DNA of 64,000 bases, taken from the NCBI GenBank assembly GCA_965248445.1, contig CBDFJG010000004.1, positions 1,728,001-1,792,000 on the forward strand, given 5' to 3'. The position numbers were made by a program, and so were the translations under genes. Positions 20,941-29,833 of this stretch are shown one piece after another. The stretch is from Planctomycetota bacterium. Its GTDB lineage: Bacteria > Planctomycetota > JAJSAM01 > JAJVHW01. The notes beneath the pieces are model-generated. The model did no database searches and was not told the origin of the DNA. It was given only the letters and a program-made list of their open reading frames with translations. Every line of letters begins with the position of its first letter. The first letter of the stretch is position 1.

Positions 20941-21837
20941 TCAGTCGGTCCACTCGTCGCGGAAGATCTCGGCCCACTCACGCGCGATCCGCGCGGCGTG
21001 CGGGGCCTCTTCCTCAACGGTGTCGGCGAGGTCGATCAGGCCCTTCGCCCGCTTCGCGAGGTCCTTCGCCTTCAGCCGCTTCTTGCTCGCGGCCGGTCCG
21101 TGAACCCCGCCGACGAGCTTCGCGACGCGCCGCTGCGCGGCGAACTCGGCCTCGTGGTCTCCCTCGCGGAGCGCTTGCGAACGGGCAGCCGCGGTCTCAG
21201 CAGCCTCAGTACGCGCGAATCGCTCCGCGGCGCCGTCGAGGACCTCGGTGGCTTCGAGCACTCGGCCGGCTTCGACCAGCGTCTCCGCCCGTGCGAGCAT
21301 CCGACCGGCAATGACTGCCTGCGTCTCGGCATCGGCGCGTTCCAGATAGCGAAGTTGTTTCTCGAGGTCGCGCTTGCTGAGTCCGCCCGGTCGTCCTTCC
21401 CACTGCACCGTACCGTTGCCGTCGATCAGAACCGCGTGCGGCAGCATCTTGACCTCGTAGCCGGAGCCGCCGCCGAACGCCATCGGGAAGCCCACGCGCG
21501 GCGCACGGTGGACGAGGTAGCGCAGACCCGTCGCGCGCTCTTCGTGCGTCACACCGACGACGTTCAGTCCCTTGCGGCGCAAGGCCTCGTCGAGACGCGC
21601 GAGTTGCGGGAGCGCGCTCCGCGAGGCGGGACAGTCCGTCTTCCAGAACGCGAGGAGGACCATCTCGCCATCGAAGCCTGCGATCTCGGTGCGTCCGTCG
21701 CCGCGGGACCAGTCGCGGGCCGTCAACTCGGGAGCCGTCTCACCGACCAGCGTGTGCCGCGCGTCGGCACCGCTGGGGGTCGCGATGACCAGAGCAGCAG
21801 CCAGCACTGCGAGCAGACGGAGTGGAGTGATGCGCAT
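20941..21837 (-). CDS. Secreted TlpA/redoxin-family protein (CxxS) with helical C-terminal extension
   Basis: Signal peptide, VGETAPEL, LLAFWKTDCPAS, LPHAVLIDGNG (cis-Pro loop). Confidence 0.8.
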   Translation of the reverse strand: MRITPLRLLAVLAAALVIATPSGADARHTLVGETAPELTARDWSRGDGRTEIAGFDGEMVLLAFWKTDCPASRSALPQLARLDEALRRKGLNVVGVTHEERATGLRYLVHRAPRVGFPMAFGGGSGYEVKMLPHAVLIDGNGTVQWEGRPGGLSKRDLEKQLRYLERADAETQAVIAGRMLARAETLVEAGRVLEATEVLDGAAERFARTEAAETAAARSQALREGDHEAEFAAQRRVAKLVGGVHGPAASKKRLKAKDLAKRAKGLIDLADTVEEEAPHAARIAREWAEIFRDEWTD

Positions 21838-21863
21838 AGCGATGACACCCCGCGCGGGAGTCG

Positions 21864-24833
21864 CTAGGTAGGACGGTCCTGTTCGGGGGCTGGTTCCGGC
21901 GCCGCATCGGCGCCGGCGCCGTCTGCCACGACTTCGGGGGCGGGCGGCGCAGCCGCCGCCGCGCTCGCAGCCTCGACCGGAAGCTCAGCGGGCGTCTCGG
22001 GCTTGGGCTTCGTAGGCTTGGGCTTCGCAGCCGTCTTGCTCGGCTTCGGCTTCGTCTCTGCCTTCGTCTCCGGCTTCGTCTCCGCCTTTAGCTTCGGCTT
22101 CCTGGGCTTCGCAGCCCTCGCCTTCTTCGCGGGCTTGGCGGGCTTCGCGGCTTTCGGCGGAGGCGGCGGCTCGAGTCCGAGTTTCTCGCGCAACGCAACC
22201 AACTGCTGGTGGAACGGGTCGTGTTCGCGGGGCACGCCGCGGATCGCCGGTGTGCGGACAGAGGGCCGTCCTCCGCCGGGTCTGCCGCGATCGCCCCGTC
22301 GGCCGCGGTCCCCGCGTCCACCGGACCGCTGCCCTCCCGGACTCCGACCTCCCGGCCGGCCGCCGCGCCGGGGCTCGCGACCCGGACCACCCGGACCGCC
22401 GGAACGACCCCGCTCGCCGCCTTCTTGCCGCGGCGGCGGTCGCTCTGACTCGGGTGGCGGCGGCAACAGCGCCTTCACGCTCAGGGAGAGACGCCGCTTC
22501 TCCGGCTCGACGCCGACGACGCGCACGCGAACCGGGTCCCCGACCGACACCACGGCCGCCGGATCCTCCACGTAGCCATGCGCCAGTTGCGAGACGTGGA
22601 CCAGACCCTGCTCGCGCAACCCGACGTCCACGAACGCTCCGAAGTTCGACAGACCGGCGACGACGCCGTCGAGTTCCATGCCCTCCTGGACGTCGTTGAA
22701 CCGCCGCACGCCGGGGTTGTGCACGGGCGGCTTGAACGCACCACGGGGATCGCGGCCGCCGCGGGCAAGCCCGCGCAGCACCTGACGGACGCTGTCCACG
22801 GAGTGAACCTCGCCGGCGATCTTTGCGACGTCCACCGCTGACTCGAAGTCCTTGCGGCCGATGAGTTCGCGGATCTCCACGCCCACCTTGGTTGCGACCG
22901 CGCGGGCGATGGGCAACGCGGTCGGGTGCACGCCGCTCGCGTCGAGCGCCTCGCTGCCACCGGCCACGCGCATGAAGCCCGCGGCGCGCTGCCAGGCGTC
23001 GTCCGACACGCCCTCGACCGCGCGCACGTCCGTGCGGCAGGCGAACGCTCCGTGCGTGTTGCGGTGCGTCTCGATGGCCTGGGCGGACGGGCCGTCCAGT
23101 CCGGGCAGGCGCGCGAGGATGCGGGCGGGCACGGCGTTGACGTCGACGCCCACGGCGGCGAGGCACTCCGTCGCCACCTCGTCGAGGGAACGCCGCAACT
23201 CGCCCCGGTCCACGTCCCGCTGATTGGGGCCGAGCGGGAGGTCCGTCATGTCGTAGCGCGCCAACTCGAGCAGCGGATCCTGCACGCGACGGGCCAGCGC
23301 CACAGCCACACGAGCCGTGACCGGGAGTTCGGGCGCGGCCGCTTTGCCCGCATCCGTGCCCGCGTACCGCTCCGCCGCGGCCTCGTGCACCGGTGCGAGC
23401 ACCGCGCCCAGCTCCCGGTTCGCCGCGAGCACGTCCCCCACCCACGACCGGAGCGCCGTCGCACGGCCGCTGCCGGCGACGGCCACGAGCTTGGCACCGC
23501 TCTCGGCGATCACGTCAGTCAGGAGCTTCGCGGCCTTCTCCCGAGCTTCGCCCTCCTGCGAAGGCTTCATGGTCTCGGTACGGCCGGCGCGGCCCTCCGC
23601 GTCCACGGCGAGCATGCGTGCGGTCCCGGCGGCTCCCGGGACCACCGCAACCACCGCGACGCCGCCCGCAGGGGGTGCCATCAACCGCGCGCGAAGGCCG
23701 TCGGCAAAGCGCGACACGAGACCGCGTTCGAGCGACCGCTTGCGTTCGTTGACGAGTTCGTTCGACGCCTCGCGCACCATGCGGTCGAGCGCGGCTTCGG
23801 TTGCCGTCTTCAGCAGGTCCGCGTAAGGGTGCGCGACATCGACGCCGAGCGGCCCCTCGAGGATGGCACTCTTCGTCTCGTCGGGCGGCACGATGCGTAC
23901 GTCGAGCGCACCGCTCTTCTTGCCGCGCCGCACAAGCATCAGCCGGCGCGCGTCGACCTGGCCGAGCGGGATGCTGAGTGCCGCAACGGGTTGCAGATGC
24001 GGTTTCAATTCGCGCCCCGCACTCGCGGACGTCGTCAGCACGCCGCGCTTGCGCAACGCACGGCGAAGCTGCTGACGCGCGAGCGCGTTGTCCGCGATGG
24101 TCTGCGCGACGAGACCGGTCAGGCGCGTGTGCTGATCCGCCGCGGTCGGTGGCGCGCCGTCCGTGCCGCAGAACGGTGCAAGCAGGTCCTCGACGGTCGG
24201 AGTCTCGGCTCCGGGTGTCTCGGCTCCGGGTGTCTCGGCACCGGGTGTCTCGGCACCGGGTGTCTCGGTCGCCGGTGTCTCGGTCGCCGGTGTCTCGGTC
24301 GCGGGTGTCTCGGTCGCGGGTACCTCGGTCGCGGGTGTCTCGGTCGCGGGTACCTCGGTCGCGGGCACCTCGGTCGCGGGCGTCGCGGTCGCCGGTGTCG
24401 CGGCGACGATCTGTGCCGCGACCGCCGACATGGGGTCCTCCGCCGCCGCGCGGCCGCGGCGGGCGTCTCTGATCGGCCGCAGCAGATCTTCGAGCAGCGA
24501 GAGATCGCGCGTCTCGCGAACCTGCTTCGCCAGTGCGTCAGTCATCAGGCTCTCGGACTCGAGAGCGCGACGCGTGGTGCCGCGGCGGCGCGCAAGTTCG
24601 CGCTCTTCGCGCCAGGCGTGCCGCAGCTTGCGGAACGCGACTGCGTCCAAGTCGCCGAGCAGATCGCGGCGGAAGTGCCACAGGAAGGCCGGCTCCTCGC
24701 CCGCCTCGAGGGCAGCGAGCAGTGGTTCCATGCGATCAGCCACCGCCGTGAAGCGGCGTCTCATCACACCAAGGAGTTCGTCGTCTTCGTCCGCCAAGAG
24801 GGCCTCGTCGTCGGGGAGGGGGAGTCGGCGCAT
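21864..24833 (-). CDS. Divergent Tex-family protein (YqgF-like, HhH and S1 domains) with low-complexity inserts
   Basis: ARRVQDPLLEL, VGVDVN, AAGFMRV, LDASGVHP, S1 motif FGAFVDVG...GLVHVSQLA; ATG at 24833. Confidence 0.88.
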   Translation of the reverse strand: MRRLPLPDDEALLADEDDELLGVMRRRFTAVADRMEPLLAALEAGEEPAFLWHFRRDLLGDLDAVAFRKLRHAWREERELARRRGTTRRALESESLMTDALAKQVRETRDLSLLEDLLRPIRDARRGRAAAEDPMSAVAAQIVAATPATATPATEVPATEVPATETPATEVPATETPATETPATETPATETPGAETPGAETPGAETPGAETPTVEDLLAPFCGTDGAPPTAADQHTRLTGLVAQTIADNALARQQLRRALRKRGVLTTSASAGRELKPHLQPVAALSIPLGQVDARRLMLVRRGKKSGALDVRIVPPDETKSAILEGPLGVDVAHPYADLLKTATEAALDRMVREASNELVNERKRSLERGLVSRFADGLRARLMAPPAGGVAVVAVVPGAAGTARMLAVDAEGRAGRTETMKPSQEGEAREKAAKLLTDVIAESGAKLVAVAGSGRATALRSWVGDVLAANRELGAVLAPVHEAAAERYAGTDAGKAAAPELPVTARVAVALARRVQDPLLELARYDMTDLPLGPNQRDVDRGELRRSLDEVATECLAAVGVDVNAVPARILARLPGLDGPSAQAIETHRNTHGAFACRTDVRAVEGVSDDAWQRAAGFMRVAGGSEALDASGVHPTALPIARAVATKVGVEIRELIGRKDFESAVDVAKIAGEVHSVDSVRQVLRGLARGGRDPRGAFKPPVHNPGVRRFNDVQEGMELDGVVAGLSNFGAFVDVGLREQGLVHVSQLAHGYVEDPAAVVSVGDPVRVRVVGVEPEKRRLSLSVKALLPPPPESERPPPRQEGGERGRSGGPGGPGREPRRGGRPGGRSPGGQRSGGRGDRGRRGDRGRPGGGRPSVRTPAIRGVPREHDPFHQQLVALREKLGLEPPPPPKAAKPAKPAKKARAAKPRKPKLKAETKPETKAETKPKPSKTAAKPKPTKPKPETPAELPVEAASAAAAAPPAPEVVADGAGADAAPEPAPEQDRPT
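24199..24405 (-). repeat. Coding 15-bp tandem repeat, about 13 copies (ATE[T/V]P / GAETP)
   Basis: Periodic ggtgtctcggtcgcg / ggtgtctcggctccg units, in frame within the Tex gene. Confidence 0.92.
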
Positions 24834-24933
24834 CGTACGAGAAGCTGCCTGGGGGCGAAACGAAGCCGCCCCTGATTGCGCGCCGGCGGATACAAGGGAA
24901 CACCGCGATGTCGCACGACGTGGAGGTGGAACG

Positions 24934-27027
24934 GTGAGGCTTCGGCCGCGGGGGACCGGCGAGCAACTCGTCGGCTTCCTGAGGGCCGCCGTGATCGGTC
25001 TCTGCGGGGGGCTTGCGTCGCTGGGGTTCCGCAGCGCCACCGACTGGGTCCAAAAGCTGATCGGCCTGGGCGGGGAGGTGCTCGAGGGCGCGCGCGTGAA
25101 CATCCTCGCGGGGGCGCGCCACGTCGGCTCCGAGACGCCGTGGCTGATGGTGCTCATCCCGGCTGCCGGCGGCCTGGCCGCGGCGCTCGTCCACCGGTTC
25201 TGCGTCAGGGGGGAATCGGGGACGGGCCTCTCCGACGTGATGGAAGCCGTCTCGTTGCGCAGCGGCCCGATCCGCCTGCGGACCGCGCTCATGCGAGCGG
25301 CGTCGTCTCTCGGGATCATCGCAACCGGCGGCTCCGTCGGACGCGAGGGTCCGATCATCACGATCTCCGCCGCGGCATCTTCGACGCTGACGCGGCTCCT
25401 GCGTGCGCCGGCACGGGACCGTGGCCTCCTCCTCGGGTGTGGTGTCGCTGCCGGGTTCGCGGCGGCGTACGGCGCCCCCATCGCCGGCGCGCTGTTCGCC
25501 ATGGAGGTCGTTCTCGGGAACTTCGCGGTCGAGCTGTTCGCGCCCGTCGTCATCGCGTCGGTCACGAGCACGCTGTTCACGTGGCACCTGCGCGGCAACG
25601 AGCCGCTCTATCAGATGCCTCACTATCAGTTGGAGACGCTGGCGGAGCTCGTCCCGTACCTCTTCCTCGGTGTCGTTGCGGGGTTCGTGGCTGTCGGCCT
25701 GCAGCGCCTGCTCTCGCTCTCGGAGCGCTTCTTCCAGTCGTTACCGGGCGACCGCATCTGGAAGACGGTTGTGGGCGGCGCGCTCATCGGGGGAATCGCG
25801 CTCGCGTTTCCAGAGGTGTGCGGCAACGGCTACGAGGCCCTCAGCGAGTTGCTGAACGGTCGCGGCCCGCGATTCGAGGAGGCCGAGTGGGGACACCTTG
25901 TGCTCATCCTCGTCGCGCTGGCGCTCGTCAAGGCGTTCGGCACGGCGATCACCGTCGGATCCGGCGGTGCGGGCGGCGTGTTCACGCCGAGCCTGTTCAT
26001 CGGCGCCGGACTGGGCGGCGCGGTCGGCGTGCTGGTGAACCACGTCGCTCCGGATATTTCGGGCGACTACGGCGGGTATGCGCTCGTCGGCATGGGCTGT
26101 GTCGTCGCCGGCACCACGCGCGCACCGATCATGGCGATCGTGGTGATGTACGAACTGACCGGTGACTACGGCATCGTGGCGCCGCTGATGCTCGGGTGCG
26201 TCGCGTCGTCGGTCGTGGCCCGTGCGATCTACGAGCCCAGCATCTACACGGAAGAGCTGCGCGCGCGCGGGGTCACGCAGCCGGTCGGACTCGAGGAGAC
26301 CGTCCTCGTGACCACGCGTGTCGGCGACGTGATGCGCGAGGACCCCATGGTCTGGGTCGGCCGTTCCATGACGTACGCCGAGATCGTCCCGCTCGCAAGC
26401 GCCGCACGCGTCTCGGTCGTCTACGTGTGCGACGACCTGCGCAGACTGCGGGGGGCAATCCGCGTGCAGAGTCTGATCGACCTCGCTTCCTTCGGCGATC
26501 TCGGGCCCGGAATCGTGGCGGAGGACCTCGCAGCCCCGGTCGAGGCGGTGCTTCGTGGCGACCGGCTCTCCGACGTCTTCGACCAGTTCGGCCGCTCCGA
26601 CATCGACGAACGGCCAGTCGTGGATGACGAGCAGAGCCTCCACCTGAGGGGTGTCGTGACACGGCGGGACGTCATGGCAGCACTCCACCTGGAAGTGCTG
26701 AAGACGCAGAACCTGCGTGCCAAGTTTGTGCACCGGGACGACCCCGACGGCGGCGCGGACTACATCGAGCTGCCCGAGGGAGCCGAAGTGGCGCGCGTCC
26801 GGGTGCACCCGGATCACGTCGGGCGAACGCTGTTCGAGTGCCAGATCCGCACGAACCACCGCGTGACGGTGCTGAACGTACTGCGCAAGGACGTGGACGA
26901 CCACGAGATGCGAGTCGTGCCGGACAGTGAGTTCGCGCTCCGTGCGGGCGACTCACTCATCGTGATCGGCGACCTGGAGGCACTGGCGAAATGGCGGCGG
27001 GAGACGGAGGGCGGAGGCAACACGTGA
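24934..27027 (+). CDS. ClC chloride channel/antiporter with CBS pair and TrkA_C (RCK_C) domain
   Basis: GTGLS (GSGIP position), GREGP, GGVFTP, SIYT; CBS region; C-terminal VGRTL...LRAGDSLIVIG; GTG after ggagg. Confidence 0.92.
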   Translation: MRLRPRGTGEQLVGFLRAAVIGLCGGLASLGFRSATDWVQKLIGLGGEVLEGARVNILAGARHVGSETPWLMVLIPAAGGLAAALVHRFCVRGESGTGLSDVMEAVSLRSGPIRLRTALMRAASSLGIIATGGSVGREGPIITISAAASSTLTRLLRAPARDRGLLLGCGVAAGFAAAYGAPIAGALFAMEVVLGNFAVELFAPVVIASVTSTLFTWHLRGNEPLYQMPHYQLETLAELVPYLFLGVVAGFVAVGLQRLLSLSERFFQSLPGDRIWKTVVGGALIGGIALAFPEVCGNGYEALSELLNGRGPRFEEAEWGHLVLILVALALVKAFGTAITVGSGGAGGVFTPSLFIGAGLGGAVGVLVNHVAPDISGDYGGYALVGMGCVVAGTTRAPIMAIVVMYELTGDYGIVAPLMLGCVASSVVARAIYEPSIYTEELRARGVTQPVGLEETVLVTTRVGDVMREDPMVWVGRSMTYAEIVPLASAARVSVVYVCDDLRRLRGAIRVQSLIDLASFGDLGPGIVAEDLAAPVEAVLRGDRLSDVFDQFGRSDIDERPVVDDEQSLHLRGVVTRRDVMAALHLEVLKTQNLRAKFVHRDDPDGGADYIELPEGAEVARVRVHPDHVGRTLFECQIRTNHRVTVLNVLRKDVDDHEMRVVPDSEFALRAGDSLIVIGDLEALAKWRRETEGGGNT

Positions 27028-27518
27028 GTGTCCCCGTGGTCCTGATCACCGCCGCGCACTCGAACGCGGGCAAGACCACCGTCGCCGTCGCGCTCATCGA
27101 GGCACTCACAGCCCGCGGTACGCGCGTGGCCTACGTGAAGCGCGCGCACCACGCGGTGGACGCCGACACGGCCGGCAAGGACACGCACCGCGCCCGGACG
27201 GCGGGCGCCGTAGCGACGGTCCTCGGTTCCACCGAGGTCGCGGCCGTGTTCGTTCCACAGCCGTCGCGCGATCCGGGCGACCTCGCGGCGCTCGCCTGTG
27301 CGACCGCAGACGCAGACGTCGTGCTCGTCGAGGGCGGCAAGGAGTACACGGAGCACCCGCGCATCGTGGTCGTGCCGGACGGCGAGGCGTTCGAGACGCT
27401 TCCCGATGCCGTGGTCCTGGCCGTGGTCGGCCGCGGCGTCAGCGCCCCGGACGGAGTGCCCGTGATCGCGCCCGACGAGATCGGCCGGCTGGCCGATCTG
27501 TTTGTTCACATCAAGTAG
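27024..27518 (+). CDS. mobB: Molybdopterin-guanine dinucleotide biosynthesis protein B
   Basis: SNAGKTT P-loop, VKRAHH, DTAGKDTHRARTAGA, DVVLVEG; GTGA overlap with the ClC stop. Confidence 0.85.
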   Translation: MSVPVVLITAAHSNAGKTTVAVALIEALTARGTRVAYVKRAHHAVDADTAGKDTHRARTAGAVATVLGSTEVAAVFVPQPSRDPGDLAALACATADADVVLVEGGKEYTEHPRIVVVPDGEAFETLPDAVVLAVVGRGVSAPDGVPVIAPDEIGRLADLFVHIK

Positions 27519-27719
27519 AGGCGAGCTTCTCACTCCGCGCGCGCAACGGAGTCGCTCTCCAGATGCAGCGAGTAGCGAGGGCGCGCGGATTGCGGAGCAA
27601 GGCGCGTGACCGCAGCCCTCCGTAGCGGTCGGAGACCGCGTAGGAGGGAGACATGCGCCCGAAGCGTGGCCGAGGATCGCCGCGCGATCCGCAGGCGACG
27701 CGCGCGAGTGCCCCCGCCC

Positions 27720-28640
27720 CTACTCGTCGTCGCTAGCCGGCTTCAGCTTCTTCAGCTGGTGCGCGAGCGCGTTGCCCGTGATCTTCCCGCCCAGGTCGCG
27801 CGGCTTCTCCTCACCGGGCAGGAGGACGAGCAGAGTCGGCACCCTCTCCACTCCCAGGTCCCGGGCGAGAAGTGCGTGATCCGCGTTCTGCAGGTCCAAA
27901 CGCAAGAGCGCCCATCCCTCGGCGGCCGTCGCCGCGCCCTTGGACCCGAGTGTCCCCTTCTCGAACTTACGCGACGCCTTGACCTCGAGCCGCGCCTTCT
28001 TGTTGTCGTCAGCGCCTTCGCTGCGCCCGACGTACACGAGGACCGGCTTGTCGTCTTCGCGCGCCGCGTCCAGTTGCTCGCACGAAACCGTCCGCTCTTC
28101 GCCCTCGCCCTCACCGACGACCGTCGCGCGTGCGAGCGGGACGCGCGTCTTCGGGTGATCGCGCTCGTACTTGTCCGCGGCGTCGTCGAGCCACTTCGAC
28201 AGCGGCGATGCCGCATACGCGTTCGGCGCGCGATCGATGACGGTTCCGTCCGGCTTCGCGACGAACACGAGGATCGACGGATCCTCGTTCTCGTTCCCCT
28301 GATCGTGGGTCCAGGGGATGATCTTCCCGTTCAGCCCGTCGTACAGCCACTCGACGGCCTCGAAGCGCGCGACGACCTTCTGGAAGTCCTCGTCCTTCTG
28401 CACCCGGTCACGCCAGGTGTCGCACGGTACTCATATCCTGGACTTCCACGCCGTCACGATGAGCAGCGGCTTGCCGCTCTTCTTCGCACTCTCCACGCCC
28501 TTGTCGAGGGTCGTGTGCCAGACCTTGTCGCCCGCGAAGACGTCCCCGGGCACGAACGCAGTGGCGGCAAGGAGCGCCAGGCCGCCCGCAGCAATGCGGA
28601 CCGCGGCGCTCAGGGTCGGGGCTCTCGCTCGCATGGCCAT
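27720..28640 (-). CDS. Secreted thioredoxin-fold selenoprotein (U-V-P-C), 306 aa, Sec at codon 70 (TGA 28431-28433)
   Basis: Track ORFs 28431..28670 and 27720..28403 are in the same frame and joined through one TGA: ...AKKSGKPLLIVTAWKSRI-U-VPCDTWRDRVQKDEDF...; signal peptide; SECIS-like hairpin follows. Confidence 0.85.
28399..28430 (-). promoter_or_regulatory. Candidate bacterial SECIS element
   Basis: UGA-GUACCG-UGC(GA)CACCUGG-CGUGA-CCGGGUGCA: 7-bp upper stem, GU-containing loop starting 18 nt after the UGA. Confidence 0.7.
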
Positions 28641-28779
28641 TCTCGGTCTCACAACATCTCTCCGTCTCACAGCGTCTCATTCCTGTCCGTGGGACACCGC
28701 ACGCCCCACAATTCGCTGGTCGCCGGGGGTACGACGCCCGCTCCATCGCGGGGGTTCCGCCCGCCGACGGCCCACGGCC

Positions 28780-29304
28780 ATGGTATCGACCCAGCGACTG
28801 TCCCTCCTGATCTCGCTGGTCGCGGCGTGCCTGACCGCAGCCTGTCAGACGCCGCGTCGCGTCTGCGGCACCGCGCCGGAGGGCGGGGGCCCGCCGGTCC
28901 TCACGACGCGCGAGGACGAGATCTGCGAGAGCGTGCGCTGGCGGGTGCTCGAACAGATGCGCGTCCGCGAGGAGTTCTCGTACGCCCACGCCGAGCGGTT
29001 GTTCACCGCGGCGGAGACGTGGAGCACCTCGACCACGCTCGAGGACCTGCGCCGGCGCGTCGCCGCCGTCGACGACGAGCAGGCTATGGCCACCACGATC
29101 GTGGACGCGGCCCGCCACGCGTGGGAGACGTCCAAGGCTCCGGTCAGCACCGGGTGCGAGACGGACGAAGCGTGCGTGGCGGAGGCGGCCGCGCACGGTG
29201 CGCGGGTCGCGCTACGACGCCGCTCGGCCTACCTCAAGATCACACCGGAGATGATCGAACAGGACCGCGACCTCGACCGCGACTGGGACTACCTGTTGCG
29301 CTGA
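28780..29304 (+). CDS. Hypothetical lipoprotein
   Basis: MVSTQRLSLLISLVAACLTAAC lipobox; host-like codon usage; no recognised domain. Confidence 0.7.
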   Translation: MVSTQRLSLLISLVAACLTAACQTPRRVCGTAPEGGGPPVLTTREDEICESVRWRVLEQMRVREEFSYAHAERLFTAAETWSTSTTLEDLRRRVAAVDDEQAMATTIVDAARHAWETSKAPVSTGCETDEACVAEAAAHGARVALRRRSAYLKITPEMIEQDRDLDRDWDYLLR

Positions 29305-29313
29305 CCTCTGGTC

Positions 29314-29727
29314 CTATCTCGTCCTGATCGACTCCACGTAGGCCGCGATGGCGGCGAGGTCGGTGGAGTCGCCTTCGAGTTCCTTGCCGCGGGCCTTGTA
29401 CTTGATCATCTCGTTGATCTTCTGCTGCAGCGTGACCACCGCCTTCTTGCGGCGGCTGTACTTCGGGTAGGCGAACTTCGCGGTGCGCAGATCGTCCTGC
29501 GGCTTGTCCGGGTCCTCGTGGCAGGTCGCGCAGCTCTTGCGCCCCAGCTCCTTCGAATGGAAGAGCTCCTTGCCCCGCTCGACCGCCTTCGTCAGCGCCT
29601 CGGCCTCCGCCTTCGCGCGGGCCGCCTCGTCGTCCTGGGCGTTGGCCGGCGGGCGCACGGCAAAGGCGGCCAGACCAGCCAGTCCGGCGATGAGGACGGC
29701 CGCGAGGGTGAAGCGGGATGGGCGCAT
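29314..29727 (-). CDS. Secreted monoheme cytochrome c, SoxA/TsdA-like domain
   Basis: Signal peptide ending ANA-Q, CATCH, YPKY...VTLQQKINEM...LAAIAAYV; aggag SD. Confidence 0.82.
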   Translation of the reverse strand: MRPSRFTLAAVLIAGLAGLAAFAVRPPANAQDDEAARAKAEAEALTKAVERGKELFHSKELGRKSCATCHEDPDKPQDDLRTAKFAYPKYSRRKKAVVTLQQKINEMIKYKARGKELEGDSTDLAAIAAYVESIRTR

Positions 29728-29833
29728 GGGTGTCTCCTGGAGGGGGCGCGCAGTCTCGGCGCACCCGTTCTCTGAGGATATCGACGCAATCCCGATGCCG
29801 CTTGGTTCCCCGGGAGCGTCGCTTCTCGCGCCG

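Noticed and set aside
20941..21837. Third selenoprotein
   Set aside because: The motif is encoded TGT-CCC-GCC-TCG (CPAS); there is no in-frame TGA.
24199..24405. CRISPR array
   Set aside because: Contiguous 15-bp units without spacers, in frame inside a CDS, and no cas genes in the window.
28431..28433. Treating the split thioredoxin gene (and likewise TGA 53513-53515) as a pseudogene or two genes
   Set aside because: Each TGA lies at the first Cys position of a CxxC motif, both halves are otherwise intact and in frame, and a SECIS-like hairpin follows. Selenocysteine is the simpler reading.
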